Source of the DNA: an uncultured Ignavibacteriales bacterium
Lineage (GTDB): Bacteria > Zixibacteria > MSB-5A5 > GN15 > FEB-12
DNA: 64,000 bases
Reading direction: 5' to 3'
NCBI GenBank assembly: GCA_964557855.1
Contig: CAZLBP010000004.1
Coordinates: forward strand, 75,149-139,148
In this document: piece by piece, positions 39,222-49,633 of the stretch
Layout of the letters: the number at the start of each line of letters is the position of its first letter
Numbering within the stretch: the first letter of the stretch is position 1
Program-made: the position numbers and the translations under genes
Notes under the pieces: generated by a model
Databases searched by the model: none
Told to the model about the DNA's origin: nothing
What the model saw: the letters and a program-made list of their open reading frames with translations, nothing else

Positions 39222-39992
39222 ATGATGCTGACGAACTACCGTACATATTTCGACCACTGGAGTACACTCTATCACGTGCAGTTGAGCGGCCGGGACATAT
39301 TCAGGTCTCTGGAGCGGTTGTCGTCCGGGTTGGCGATAAACCGGGCGGCCGATGGTCCGGCGCAGCTGGTTATATCGGAGCAATTGCGCTCGCAGGTGGC
39401 CGCTTTAAGTCAGCAGATCGACAACCTGTCCATGACTGTCAAAAAGTACGAATACGCTTCGTCAACCATCGGTCAGCTCCGAAGCCAACTGACTGAGATT
39501 CGGTCTCTGGCTGTGGGAGCGGCCAACGAGGGTTTCAACGATGAGCACATCCAGGCTGCTTACGATAACGCCGCCCAAAGCCTGGTCTCCAGCTACAATG
39601 ATCTCGTGCAGCACGCCGAATACAATGGCCGGCGGCTGTTCGATGGTTCCGAAGGTTCCGTGGCAGAGACAGATACCTTGGCGGGTATTGATCTGTCTTC
39701 GGCGGAAGCGGCCAATGAGTCGCTGGCTGCTATCGATGAAGCCATGCGTACTCTCGATCACGCGCAGGTGGAAATCGGCGCCACCCAAACCAATGACCTG
39801 GAGGCGCAGCAGGCTTCACTGGCGGTTACCAGGGAAAACCTGATGGAGGCTGAACGCAGGCTTCGGGATACGGATTTTGCCGCGGAATATGCCAATCTCA
39901 TGGGAGCGATCATTATCCGCAACGCGAGTTTGGCCTTACTGGCTCACTCCTTGTTGAGCGCCGAAGGGGTAATTGAGCTCTTCGGCTCATAG
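39222..39992 (+). CDS. Orphan minimal flagellin-like protein (D0/D1 only, about 256 aa)
   Basis: SLERLSSGLAINRAAD, YNGRRLFDG, RENL...RLRDTDFAAE; start uncertain (frame open from 38970). Confidence 0.85.
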   Translation: MMLTNYRTYFDHWSTLYHVQLSGRDIFRSLERLSSGLAINRAADGPAQLVISEQLRSQVAALSQQIDNLSMTVKKYEYASSTIGQLRSQLTEIRSLAVGAANEGFNDEHIQAAYDNAAQSLVSSYNDLVQHAEYNGRRLFDGSEGSVAETDTLAGIDLSSAEAANESLAAIDEAMRTLDHAQVEIGATQTNDLEAQQASLAVTRENLMEAERRLRDTDFAAEYANLMGAIIIRNASLALLAHSLLSAEGVIELFGS

Positions 39993-40044
39993 TATCGGAA
40001 CACCTCCCCTCCTGAATGGCATAGGATGCCAAGCGCCTAGTGCA

Positions 40045-40084
40045 CCACCGCCGGGTTCCGGCTTACCCGGCGGTGGACTTTTTT
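40045..40084 (+). terminator. Intrinsic terminator after flagellin-like gene
   Basis: CCACCGCCGGG / CCCGGCGGTGG stem followed by a T run. Confidence 0.85.
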
Positions 40085-40274
40085 GTATCGACGGCACTGA
40101 CTACTATGCGGCGATCCCACGTATTCACATCAATATGTGATACCAGACTGCCCTCCACAGGTAAAAAGTGCTTGCCCAAATCCCTCCTGGTTAGTAAATA
40201 TGGTCTATTAAGCTCTATAAAGCCAACAACGTAATTTAACCGTTAAGTTAAACATTCTTATCCTGGAGGATGAC

Positions 40275-40817
40275 ATGAATGGAATTACTCGCGCCGGCGT
40301 AATGATTGTGGCGATGCTGCTTATCGTGAGCGGCAGCCTGTTCGCACAGATGGGTCCCATGGGACCGCCCGAAGAGTTGAAGAAATGTGAGATATTGCTC
40401 GGAGAGTGGGAGGTGGACATGACGTTCTATATGGACACGGTGGAAATGAAATCGAAAGGTACTGCCGAATACACTAAAACACTCGGCGGCGCTGCCATCA
40501 AGATGGACTATCACTCCACTATGATGAATATGCCGTTTGAGGGTCTCATGCTGATGACCTATGACCGGGAAACCGAGCAATGGCAGTCGGTCTGGATCGA
40601 CAACATGGCTGCCCGGATATCCTTTTACACCGGAACAGTCGATGAGGACAAGTCGGTCATGGAAGGCGAGGACAGGTACGACGGCAAGGTGATGCTGGCG
40701 CGCATTACGACGTTCAACCACACTCCCGACAGCTTCGACTGGAAATACGAGAGCTCAGCCGACAGCGGCGAAACGTGGTTTACCAGCGGAATTGCCACTT
40801 ACACGAAGAAGAAGTAA
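40275..40817 (+). CDS. Exported DUF1579-like protein
   Basis: GGAGG RBS, signal peptide, LLGEW, FEG...YD...WQSVWIDNM. Confidence 0.8.
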   Translation: MNGITRAGVMIVAMLLIVSGSLFAQMGPMGPPEELKKCEILLGEWEVDMTFYMDTVEMKSKGTAEYTKTLGGAAIKMDYHSTMMNMPFEGLMLMTYDRETEQWQSVWIDNMAARISFYTGTVDEDKSVMEGEDRYDGKVMLARITTFNHTPDSFDWKYESSADSGETWFTSGIATYTKKK

Positions 40818-40946
40818 ATCAATAACGGTCGGTATACTCTGTCGTCGGACAGTGCTTCCCGACGGCGCCTGTTGAAGAGCGGTACCCGGCCAAGGGCAAT
40901 TTACAGTACAAGTCCGTTCCCACATGCTAATTTGGGAACGAGGAGA

Positions 40947-40979
40947 CACACCCGTTAGCGCGGGCAGGACCTGACGGAA
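40947..40979 (+). repeat. Partial CGTC-type REP copy
   Basis: CACACCCGTTAGCGCGGGCAGGACCTGACGGAA nearly identical to 60122-60154. Confidence 0.75.
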
Positions 40980-41129
40980 GGGTGGAATCTACCTCACTAT
41001 CATCCCTCTCCTTTGAAAGGAGAGGGGCATCGACAGGCAGGAAGAGGATGTGCTGTCGGACTACACCTGAAATCGAGTGGGTCGTCGGGGGGGGCAACTC
41101 CCGGCACGGTACTATAGACCCCTGCCTTC

Positions 41130-41302
41130 GGGCATGTCGAAGACCCCTTATGTTGTTGTGGCTGGTCTTGATCGCGTGCCAACGAGATTGTCACCCGACA
41201 GATAACTCGTTGGCACGGAGAAGCGGCAGGTCACACGAATCCATTGTAGTGGATTAGAGAAGACCTGCCGCAACCGGCAGATGAGGCTTTTTCAACATGC
41301 CC
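41130..41302. mobile_element. MITE-like element with imperfect TIRs
   Basis: GGGCATGTCGAAGACCC / GGCTTTTTCAACATGCCC ends; internal hairpin GTGCCAACGAG...CTCGTTGGCAC. Confidence 0.6.
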
Positions 41303-41597
41303 TTTGAGTCACGTACCGGATTACCGTCGGCCGGTTGCCAGGTGGGATTTCAATGTACAGGTCAATGACAAGAAAATAGGGGATTCTTGGAGTGCAGGTG
41401 GGTTCAGGATCAATTGTCGCAATTCGACGAGAAGGCAAAGATTAGTAACTCTTTTGTAAATCCGAAAAGCACGGATTTTGCCCTAATATCGTTCTTCACA
41501 GTCTGTCGCGCCCACTTAAGTTGTTTTATAATAGCAAGATAACAATACGAACAGGTTCTGTAATTGTCCGTGGATTTATTGGGCGACTCCTGGGAGA

Positions 41598-41680
41598 TAA
41601 TGAATTTTTTCACAATTTTCCCTTGACGGACCTTGTATAATGTATTACATAGCATGATGAGTTAGTGAAAAAAGTAACTT
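41598..41680. promoter_or_regulatory. Two Rex-like operators in the dsrA promoter region
   Basis: TAATGAATTTTTTCACAA (41598-41615) and TAGTGAAAAAAGTAACTT (41663-41680) flanking TTGACG and TATAAT elements. Confidence 0.65.
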
Positions 41681-41809
41681 TTTCGGTTTTGTTTAGGACG
41701 GGAAAAACCGATTGATACAGTAAAGAGACCTGTTTTGGTCTTGTATGGTGAGAGTGAGAGAGAAGCAAAGAGAGATTGAACACATACCTATTTGAGGTGA
41801 GGAAGAACA

Positions 41810-43024
41810 ATGGCAGACACATTACCGAAAACTCCGCTACTTGATCAACTTGAGGCGGGCGCGTGGCCCAGTTTCGTAAAGGAGATCAAGACGGCTGCCA
41901 AGCGGAGCCCGATGTCTCGGGATTTGCTGGGTCAGTTGGAGCAGTCTTACAGAGAGAAAATCGGCCACTGGAAACATGGCGGTATTGTCGGTGTGATGGG
42001 TTACGGGGGCGGTGTGATCGGTCGCTATTCCGATTTGCCGCAAGAATGGCCGGGCATATCGCATTTTCATACGATGCGTATTAACCAGCCGGCGGGTTGG
42101 TATTACACGACCGAAGCGTTGCGCAGTATTTGTGATATCTGGGAGAAGCGCGGTTCGGGAATGACGAATATGCATGGATCGACCGGGGACATCATTCTTC
42201 TTGGTACGACGACGGATCAGCTGGAGCCAACTTTTGCGGATTTGGCCAAGATCGATTTCGATATCGGTGGGTCCGGATCGGACGTCAGGACGCCGAGTTG
42301 TTGCTGCGGCATGTCACGTTGCGAGTGGGCCTGTTACGATACGATGGGTTTGACTTATGATCTGACCATGTCGTTCCAGGATGAGATTCACCGTCCGGCG
42401 TTCCCGTACAAGTTCAAATTCAAAATGTCGGGTTGCCCGAACGACTGTGTAGCATCGATTGCGCGTGCGGACATGTCGATTATCGGAACCTGGCGGGATG
42501 ACATACAGGTCGATCAGGATGCGGTCCGTGAGTATGCCGAGAGCGGCATGGATATCAACTCGGATGTGGTGCAGAATTGTCCGTCCAAGTGTATGGCTTG
42601 GGACGGCAAGGAACTGCATATCGAGAATTCGTACTGTGTACGGTGCATGCATTGCATAAATGTGATGCCGAAGGCGCTACGTCCGGGTAAGGACCGTGGC
42701 GCGACGGTGTTGATCGGTTCGAAGGCGCCGATCGTAGAAGGTGCTTTGCTGTCGTCGGTTTTGATTCCGTTCTGGAAGCCGGAACCGCCGTATCAGGATC
42801 TCAAGGATCTGGTGGAGCGAATCTGGGACATCTGGTGCGAAGAAGGCAAGAACCGTGAGCGCGTGGGTGAGTTCATCCAGCGGGTGGGACTGGGTAACTT
42901 CCTTGAAGCGATCGAAGTGGAGCCTGTCCCCGAGATGGTGGCGGCCCCACGCGACAATCCGTACGTCTTCTACGATGAGTACTATGAAGAAGACGGTGAT
43001 GAGGAAGAAGAAGCCGAAGGCTAA
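41810..43024 (+). CDS. dsrA: Dissimilatory sulfite reductase alpha subunit
   Basis: [45 protein letters not shown]. Confidence 0.98.
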   Translation: MADTLPKTPLLDQLEAGAWPSFVKEIKTAAKRSPMSRDLLGQLEQSYREKIGHWKHGGIVGVMGYGGGVIGRYSDLPQEWPGISHFHTMRINQPAGWYYTTEALRSICDIWEKRGSGMTNMHGSTGDIILLGTTTDQLEPTFADLAKIDFDIGGSGSDVRTPSCCCGMSRCEWACYDTMGLTYDLTMSFQDEIHRPAFPYKFKFKMSGCPNDCVASIARADMSIIGTWRDDIQVDQDAVREYAESGMDINSDVVQNCPSKCMAWDGKELHIENSYCVRCMHCINVMPKALRPGKDRGATVLIGSKAPIVEGALLSSVLIPFWKPEPPYQDLKDLVERIWDIWCEEGKNRERVGEFIQRVGLGNFLEAIEVEPVPEMVAAPRDNPYVFYDEYYEEDGDEEEEAEG

Positions 43025-43064
43025 ACAGAGTGGATAATAAACTTCTTAACGATAGAGGTTAGAG

Positions 43065-44144
43065 ATGGCAGAAGTACAAGAGCGGCGGACAGACTATGGC
43101 CCGCCACATTACGAGCGGTTCTTGCCGCCGATTATCAAAGAGAATTACGGCAAGTGGAAATATCATGAGATTCTGAAGCCGGGCGTGATGGTGCACGTGT
43201 CCGAGACCGGCGGGAAGCTGTACACGGTCCGGGCGGCCTCGGGTCGACTCATTGCAATCGACAAGATTCGCAACTACTGTGACCTGGCCGACAAGTATTG
43301 CGATGGATACCTGCGTTTTACGAGTCGTCACAATGTCGAGTTCCTGCTGACGAAGGAAGAAAACATTGATCCTCTAATAAACGATCTGAAAGAGCTGGGT
43401 CATCCGGTAGGCGGTATCGGCAATGCGATTACGTCGATCGTGCATACCCAAGGGTGGGTACACTGTCACTCGGCGGCCACGGATGCCTCGGGTATCGTCA
43501 AGGCCGTGATGGATGACTTGATCGAGTATTTCGAGGAAACGAAGCTGCCGGGTAAGCTGCGTATCGCTCTGGCGTGTTGTTTGAACATGTGCGGCGCGGT
43601 GCACTGTTCGGATATCGCGATTCTCGGCATTCATCGTCGCCCGCCGAAAGTTCATCATGATATGCTGAAGAAGCAGTGCGAGATTCCGAACGTGGTGGCG
43701 TCGTGTCCGACGGCGGCGATTCGTCCGGCGACGGTCAACGGGAATCAATCGGTGGAGGTCATTGAAGAGAACTGTATGTTCTGCGCCAACTGCTATACCG
43801 TGTGTCCGTCGATGCCTTTGAACGATCCGTTGAACGACGGCGTGTCGATCTGGATCGGCGGCAAAGTTTCCAATGCGCGTCACGAGCCGATGTTTTCGAA
43901 GCTGGCCATACCGTTCCTACCGAACAACCCGCCGCGTTGGCCGGAAGTGACGACGGCGATCCGGGATCTGGTGGAGTTGTGGGCCAAGAACGCACGCAAG
44001 TATGAGCGTATGGGCGAGTGGATCGAGCGGATCGGCTGGCCGAAGTTCTTTAGAATGTCCGGTATCGAGTTCGACAAGACGCATATCGATGACTTCAAGC
44101 ATGCCGGGCTGACCTTTAAGCGGTCAACACACTTAACCTTTTAA
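43065..44144 (+). CDS. dsrB: Dissimilatory sulfite reductase beta subunit
   Basis: [37 protein letters not shown]. Confidence 0.98.
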   Translation: MAEVQERRTDYGPPHYERFLPPIIKENYGKWKYHEILKPGVMVHVSETGGKLYTVRAASGRLIAIDKIRNYCDLADKYCDGYLRFTSRHNVEFLLTKEENIDPLINDLKELGHPVGGIGNAITSIVHTQGWVHCHSAATDASGIVKAVMDDLIEYFEETKLPGKLRIALACCLNMCGAVHCSDIAILGIHRRPPKVHHDMLKKQCEIPNVVASCPTAAIRPATVNGNQSVEVIEENCMFCANCYTVCPSMPLNDPLNDGVSIWIGGKVSNARHEPMFSKLAIPFLPNNPPRWPEVTTAIRDLVELWAKNARKYERMGEWIERIGWPKFFRMSGIEFDKTHIDDFKHAGLTFKRSTHLTF

Positions 44145-44155
44145 GGGGATTAGTT

Positions 44156-44398
44156 ATGAAGACGGTAGATGAAGTTGCAGATGCCATGTTCAACATGGTG
44201 AAGGATGCTACCGGTCAGAAGAAGCTGAAGCCAATGGACCTGACGAAAGCCATGATAGAGACTTATGGCGATGAAGTCGACAAGAAGCTGTGCAAGACGG
44301 CGATCAAGCAGTTGGTCGATTCGGGTCGGTTGGTGTACACGTATTTTGGCGGGAGTTATCTGGAGCTGCCGCACAGAGAAGGCGCCGCCAACGACTAA
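44156..44398 (+). CDS. dsrD: DsrD-like protein
   Basis: 80-aa basic winged-helix-like protein directly after dsrB; LVDSGRLVYTYFGGSY. Confidence 0.8.
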   Translation: MKTVDEVADAMFNMVKDATGQKKLKPMDLTKAMIETYGDEVDKKLCKTAIKQLVDSGRLVYTYFGGSYLELPHREGAAND

Positions 44399-44421
44399 GA
44401 TACAGCACTGACGGTGCAGCT

Positions 44422-45912
44422 ATGAAGATTGATGTTCCTCGGTTGATAGTTGCCGGACTGTCCGGTGATTCGGGCAAGACTGTGGTTAGTTTGAGCCTGG
44501 TGTCGGCATTGCGCCGACAACGAACCGCAATCAGCGTGTTCAAGAAAGGCCCGGACTATATCGACGCCGCGTGGCTGGCGTTCGCAGCCGACTCACCCTG
44601 TCGCAATCTGGATACGTTCCTGGTACCGGAGGCGGCGGTGCGGGAGTCGTTTGTGCGGCATGCTCGTGGCGCTGACGTCGCGATTATCGAGGGGAACCGC
44701 GGGCTCTATGACGGCAAGGATGTTTCGGGTACCCACAGCACGGCGGGGCTGGCGAAGTTGCTGCACGCCCCGCTGGTGCTGGTGGTCGACGCCACCAAGG
44801 TGACGCGGACGGTGGCGGCGCTCGTCAAGGGCTGCCAGGTGTTCGATCCCGAGGTGAACATAGCCGGAGTGGTTTTGAACCGCGTGGCGGGAGAGCGTCA
44901 CCGGCAGGTGTTAGCCGACGCTGTTACCGAGTATTGCGGGATTCCGGTGCTGGGCAGTATTCCGAAATTATCGCAGGAGGAGTCCGTGATACCGGGCCGT
45001 CATCTGGGTCTGGTACCGCCGGCGGAATTCGCGGGTCGGGCGGAGCTGCGAGAGCGGTTGGAGTCAATAGCAGATGAATATATCAATCTAGAAATGCTTC
45101 GGGAAATAGCCCAATCCGCGCCCGGGATCGTATGTGAAGAATCGAGTGCGATGGCGGCGCCGGAGCCGCGTGTGAGGATAGGTTTTTTTCGGGATTCGGT
45201 GTTCACGTTTTACTATCCGGAGAACCTGGAAGGCCTGCGGGCGGCAGGTGCGGAATTGACGCCGATTTCATCGTTGACTGACCACGTGCTGCCGGATATC
45301 GATGCCCTGTACATCGGCGGCGGGTTTCCGGAGACGCATGGCGAACGGTTGGCTGCGAACACGTCATTGAAAGAATCGCTCAGGAAGAAAGCGGAGGCCG
45401 GTCTGCCGATCTATGCCGAATGCGGCGGTCTGATTTTCCTTTGTCGTTCGTTAACCTGGCAGAATAGGACATATCCGATGGCGGGCGTGTTTGACGTCGA
45501 TTTGCACATTCAGGATCGTCCGGCCGGACACGGCTACGTGGAGGCGACTGTCGAACAGGCGAATGCCTTCTTTCGGACGGGGATGAAGATTCGCGGGCAC
45601 GAATTCCATTATTCGCGGCCGTCATCGCCGTTGCCGAAAGCGACCGGCTGTTTGGGTCTGAACCGCGGCGTGGGCTTGGGAAATGGTCGGGACGGTCTGA
45701 CCTTCAAAAAGACGCTGGCGAGCTACACGCACATACATAGTGACGGTGTACCAGAGTGGGCTGCGGCCCTGGTTGCGAACGCCGGTGAGTATAAGAATAC
45801 GAGAGAAGAAAACGAGGCAACCGGGACACCCCTTGCGGATAACGAGGGTCGCGGAGGCCGCAATAACATAGATAATGTCTATAACGAAAGAGTTGCAGCA
45901 TGGCCAAGGTAG
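44422..45912 (+). CDS. dsrN: Siroheme amidase (cobyrinate a,c-diamide synthase family)
   Basis: SGKT, KKGPDYID, EGNRGL, RHLGL, AECGG, GHEFHYS; dsr context. Confidence 0.92.
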   Translation: MKIDVPRLIVAGLSGDSGKTVVSLSLVSALRRQRTAISVFKKGPDYIDAAWLAFAADSPCRNLDTFLVPEAAVRESFVRHARGADVAIIEGNRGLYDGKDVSGTHSTAGLAKLLHAPLVLVVDATKVTRTVAALVKGCQVFDPEVNIAGVVLNRVAGERHRQVLADAVTEYCGIPVLGSIPKLSQEESVIPGRHLGLVPPAEFAGRAELRERLESIADEYINLEMLREIAQSAPGIVCEESSAMAAPEPRVRIGFFRDSVFTFYYPENLEGLRAAGAELTPISSLTDHVLPDIDALYIGGGFPETHGERLAANTSLKESLRKKAEAGLPIYAECGGLIFLCRSLTWQNRTYPMAGVFDVDLHIQDRPAGHGYVEATVEQANAFFRTGMKIRGHEFHYSRPSSPLPKATGCLGLNRGVGLGNGRDGLTFKKTLASYTHIHSDGVPEWAAALVANAGEYKNTREENEATGTPLADNEGRGGRNNIDNVYNERVAAWPR

Positions 45913-47588
45913 TCAAAAAGAAGAAAGGTCTCCGATCCCGCTCGTTCGGCGGCGGCGCCGGAGTCGGCACGCAGCAGGAATCGGATCTTCGGCCATATTT
46001 CGTAGAGAAGAAACCGCCCTGTCTGGACCGCTGTCCGAACAGCAATCGGATCCGGAAGGCGTTGATGACGGTCTCGAAAGCGGAGGATTTCGGCAAGACG
46101 TACGACCAAGCGCTGGAAGAGGCCTGGAATATATGGATGGAAACCAGCCCGTTTCCATCGGTGTGCGGGCGGGTGTGTCCGCATCCTTGTGAAGACGAAT
46201 GTAACCGGAATAAACTGGAAGGCGCGGTAGCCATCAACGCCTTCGAACGTTTTCTCGGAGACTACGGGCTGGAGCACAAGCTGACGCCGAAGAAGCTGAC
46301 GGACGAGACGCGGCCCGAGAAGGTGGCTATTGTCGGTTCCGGTCCGGCGGGTATGACGGCGGCGTACCATCTGGCGCGCCGGGGGTACCCGGTGACGGTG
46401 TTCGAGGCGTTCGACAAGCCGGGCGGTATGCTGCGGTACGGGATTCCGGATTACCGTTTGCCGACGGACATCCTCGATGCGGAGATCAACCGTGTAGTTG
46501 AAATGGGTGTCGAGCTTAAGTGCAACATGAAAGTCGGCAAGGACATAGCGTTGTCGGAATTGCGGAATGAGTATCAGGCGGTCTTTGTCGGTCTGGGCGC
46601 GCACCAGGGGTACTTGTTGCGCGTGGAAGGTGAAGACGCCGAGAACGTGTGGACGGGCACCGAGTTTCTGCATCGCGCCAACGAAGGTGAGAAGATTAAT
46701 GTGGGGAATCACGTCGTCGTTATCGGCGGCGGGGACACGGCAATCGATGCGGCTCGAGTCTCGCGCCGGCTGGGCGCCGAGGTGACGATTCTGTACCGTC
46801 GGACGCGCACGGAGATGCCGGCGATCGAGCCGGAAATTGAAGGGGCGCTGGAAGAGGGTGTCAAGATCGAATTTCTTGCGGCGCCGATCGAAATTTACAA
46901 GGACGGCAACCGGGCGACCGGTATGAAATGCCAGCGTATGGAGCTGGGTGAGCCGGACAGTTCCGGGCGTCGCCGTCCGGTACCGATCGACGGCGACACG
47001 TTTGACGTGGAGATGTCCTGCGTGATCGCGGCGATATCGCAGGCGCCGGATTTCAAGGGATTCGAGGAGTACATCGAGGGCCGGGACTGGTTCAAGGTGG
47101 ACGATCATTTCAAGATGCAGGCGGATAATATCTACGCCGGCGGCGACAACATCAACTTGGATATCGCCATCACGGCGATTTATCACGGTCGCCGGGCTGC
47201 GGAAGCGATACACGAGAAGTTCTCCGGAGAAGTGACCGACGATCCGATGCAGGAGCTGACCCTGGTCAAGCCGGACACGATGGCGATTTCGTATTACGAG
47301 CACAAGGACCGGGTGACGATTCCGGAGATGTCGGTGACGGAACGCTTGCAGCAGATGGATGCGGAGATCATAACGACGTTGCCGCAGGACGCGATGGTGG
47401 CGGAAGCGAAACGGTGCATGAGTTGCGGGAAATGTTTCGACTGCGGCACCTGCTGGAGTTTCTGTCAGGACAACGCCATCATCAAGCCGCTGCAAAAAGG
47501 AGGGCAGTACAAGGTCAAGATGGAATTTTGCAAGGGGTGCAAGAAATGTGGCGAGAATTGTCCTTGCGGGTACATAGACTTGCGGTAA
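45900..47588 (+). CDS. dsrL: Iron-sulfur flavoprotein DsrL (DsrL-2 type)
   Basis: PPC..CP, CGRVCPHPCE, GSGPAG, GGGDTAID, YRR, C-terminal RCMSCG plus 2x[4Fe-4S] ending CPCGYID. Confidence 0.9.
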   Translation: MAKVVKKKKGLRSRSFGGGAGVGTQQESDLRPYFVEKKPPCLDRCPNSNRIRKALMTVSKAEDFGKTYDQALEEAWNIWMETSPFPSVCGRVCPHPCEDECNRNKLEGAVAINAFERFLGDYGLEHKLTPKKLTDETRPEKVAIVGSGPAGMTAAYHLARRGYPVTVFEAFDKPGGMLRYGIPDYRLPTDILDAEINRVVEMGVELKCNMKVGKDIALSELRNEYQAVFVGLGAHQGYLLRVEGEDAENVWTGTEFLHRANEGEKINVGNHVVVIGGGDTAIDAARVSRRLGAEVTILYRRTRTEMPAIEPEIEGALEEGVKIEFLAAPIEIYKDGNRATGMKCQRMELGEPDSSGRRRPVPIDGDTFDVEMSCVIAAISQAPDFKGFEEYIEGRDWFKVDDHFKMQADNIYAGGDNINLDIAITAIYHGRRAAEAIHEKFSGEVTDDPMQELTLVKPDTMAISYYEHKDRVTIPEMSVTERLQQMDAEIITTLPQDAMVAEAKRCMSCGKCFDCGTCWSFCQDNAIIKPLQKGGQYKVKMEFCKGCKKCGENCPCGYIDLR

Positions 47589-47646
47589 AAATAGAAGATA
47601 CGTGAGTGGATGTTTAGAAATACAATAGCATTGTGGAGGAATTGAG

Positions 47647-47964
47647 ATGCCGACCTTTGAATGGAACGACCTGAAGATCGAAGTCGACGAAGACGGTTTC
47701 ATGCAGGAACCGGAGCAATGGGACGAGAAAATTGCGCTGGCGCTGGCCAGCACGGAAGGCGTTAATGAACTGACCGAAGAACACTGGAAACTGGTCAACT
47801 ATCTGCGTGACTATTACCAGAAGTTCGGCATTGCGCCCATGATTCGGAAGCTGTGTAAAGAGACCGGCTTTCCGCTCAAGAAGGTGTACGAACTGTTTCC
47901 GTCGGGACCGGCCAAGGGCGCCTGTAAGGTGGCCGGATTGGCCAAGCCGACCGGATGCGTGTAA
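47647..47964 (+). CDS. dsrC: Sulfur carrier DsrC
   Basis: Both C-terminal cysteines present: ACKVAGLAKPTGCV. Confidence 0.97.
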   Translation: MPTFEWNDLKIEVDEDGFMQEPEQWDEKIALALASTEGVNELTEEHWKLVNYLRDYYQKFGIAPMIRKLCKETGFPLKKVYELFPSGPAKGACKVAGLAKPTGCV

Positions 47965-48062
47965 GGTGAATCGACAGATTGACGGTCTTCCGCGATGACG
48001 TGGACGGGAGGCCGTCGGTCTGCCGTAACCGTAACCGGGCGCGGTTAGCGAGGCACATGCGG

Positions 48063-48611
48063 ATGTTAAACGAGTTGTTGCTGCAAGAGAAGTCTGCGAT
48101 TCTGGAAAACTGGATTAAATCGATTATTCGGAGCTATCCGGCCCAGAGTGCCGTGTTTCTGAAGCAACAGTCGGATCGGTTTCGTAACCCGGTGGGGTTT
48201 ACGATCGAAGCCGAGACGGAGAAAGTGTTGACGGAGTTGCTGACGACCGGTGACGAGGCAATCATGGCGGCGGGTTTGGACAACATTGTCCGGATTCGTT
48301 CGGTGCAGGATTTCTCGGCGGCGGAAGCGATAGAGTTCGTGTTCGGTTTGAAAGCGGTGATTCATGAGGCGCTGGCGGATAAGGGCGGGTCGGCGGCGTC
48401 GCTGTCGGAGTGGCGGGCGCTGGAAGAACGAATCGACCGCCTGGCGTTGCAGGCGTTCGATATATTCATGAAGTGTCGCGAGCGTATGTATGATATAAAG
48501 GTCAATGATTACAAACGTCGGACACAGCGCATCCTGCAGCGGGCGGGTGTGTACGACGGGACAGACGGACCGGGGACGGCCGATGCGCCTGACGCCCGGC
48601 CGGGAGAGTGA
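48063..48611 (+). CDS. dsrT: DsrT (RsbRD N-terminal domain)
   Basis: DRFRNPVG, IVRIRSVQDF, AFDIFMKCRE. Confidence 0.9.
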   Translation: MLNELLLQEKSAILENWIKSIIRSYPAQSAVFLKQQSDRFRNPVGFTIEAETEKVLTELLTTGDEAIMAAGLDNIVRIRSVQDFSAAEAIEFVFGLKAVIHEALADKGGSAASLSEWRALEERIDRLALQAFDIFMKCRERMYDIKVNDYKRRTQRILQRAGVYDGTDGPGTADAPDARPGE

Positions 48612-48629
48612 CATGAACGGGGTTGGTAC

Positions 48630-49631
48630 ATGACGAAGGTGTTTTGGACATTGCTGGCGGTGGCAGTGTTGGTCTGTCTGCCGTGGGTGCTGGTCGGGGC
48701 CGGCGGTTCCGGTATGCTGTACGTGTTTGCGGTGGTGATCCCATACGCGGCGATAGCGGTTTTCCTGCTGGGCTTCATCTACCGGATCCTGGTCTGGGCC
48801 AAGGTGCCGGTGCCGTTTCGGATTCCCACCACGTGCGGGCAGCAGAAAAGTCTGTCGTTTATCAAGCACAACAGTCTGGAGAATCCGCACACGGGTTGGG
48901 GAGTAGTGAAGCGGATGTTGCTGGAAATATTGTTTTTCCGTTCGTTGTTTCGCAACACGAAAATGGAAGTCCGCAGCGACCGGAAGATCGTGTATGGCGC
49001 CGACAAGTGGTTATGGGCCGCGGGCCTGGCCTTTCACTGGTCGTTCCTGATCATTTTCATTCGCCACTTCAAGTATTTCGCGGAACCGGTACCGTATTTC
49101 GTGACGGTGCTGCAGAATCTGGACGGGTTTTTCCAGGTCGGGTTGCCGGTCATCTACGTGACCGACGCCATAATTGTAGTTTCCCTGTCTTATCTGTTTC
49201 TGCGGCGAGTCGTGATTCCGCAGCTGCGGTATCTGTCGTTGCCGGCGGATTATTTTGCGCTGTTTTTGCTGCTGGGGATAGCTATCAGCGGGATTTGTGT
49301 CCGGTACTTCTTCAAAACGGACATTGTGGCCGTTAAGGAGCTGGGCACGGGGCTTATCAGTTTCAGCCCGGTGGCGCCGGCCGGAATCGGCGTGGCGTTC
49401 TTCATTCACTTGTTCCTGGTGAGTTGTTTGTTCGCGTATTTTCCGTTCAGCAAGCTGATGCATCTGGGCGGAGTGTTTTTGAGCCCGACACGGAACATGG
49501 CCAACAACAACCGGATGAAACGGCATGTCAATCCGTGGAATCCGGACGTGAAGTTGCATACGTACGAGGAGTATGAGGACGAGTTCCGGGAGTTGATGAA
49601 AGGCGCCAACCTGCCGCTGGAGAAGGAGTAG
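48630..49631 (+). CDS. dsrM: DsrM membrane b-type cytochrome
   Basis: PVPFRIPTTCGQQKSL, FHW, HLFLV, PFSKLMH, SPTRN. Confidence 0.96.
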   Translation: MTKVFWTLLAVAVLVCLPWVLVGAGGSGMLYVFAVVIPYAAIAVFLLGFIYRILVWAKVPVPFRIPTTCGQQKSLSFIKHNSLENPHTGWGVVKRMLLEILFFRSLFRNTKMEVRSDRKIVYGADKWLWAAGLAFHWSFLIIFIRHFKYFAEPVPYFVTVLQNLDGFFQVGLPVIYVTDAIIVVSLSYLFLRRVVIPQLRYLSLPADYFALFLLLGIAISGICVRYFFKTDIVAVKELGTGLISFSPVAPAGIGVAFFIHLFLVSCLFAYFPFSKLMHLGGVFLSPTRNMANNNRMKRHVNPWNPDVKLHTYEEYEDEFRELMKGANLPLEKE

Positions 49632-49633
49632 AT

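Noticed and set aside
44290-44421. Upstream extension of dsrN
   Set aside because: Overlaps dsrD; family similarity begins at ATG44422
45879-47798. 639-aa antisense ORF
   Set aside because: Shadow of dsrL/dsrC caused by codon bias; no recognisable motifs
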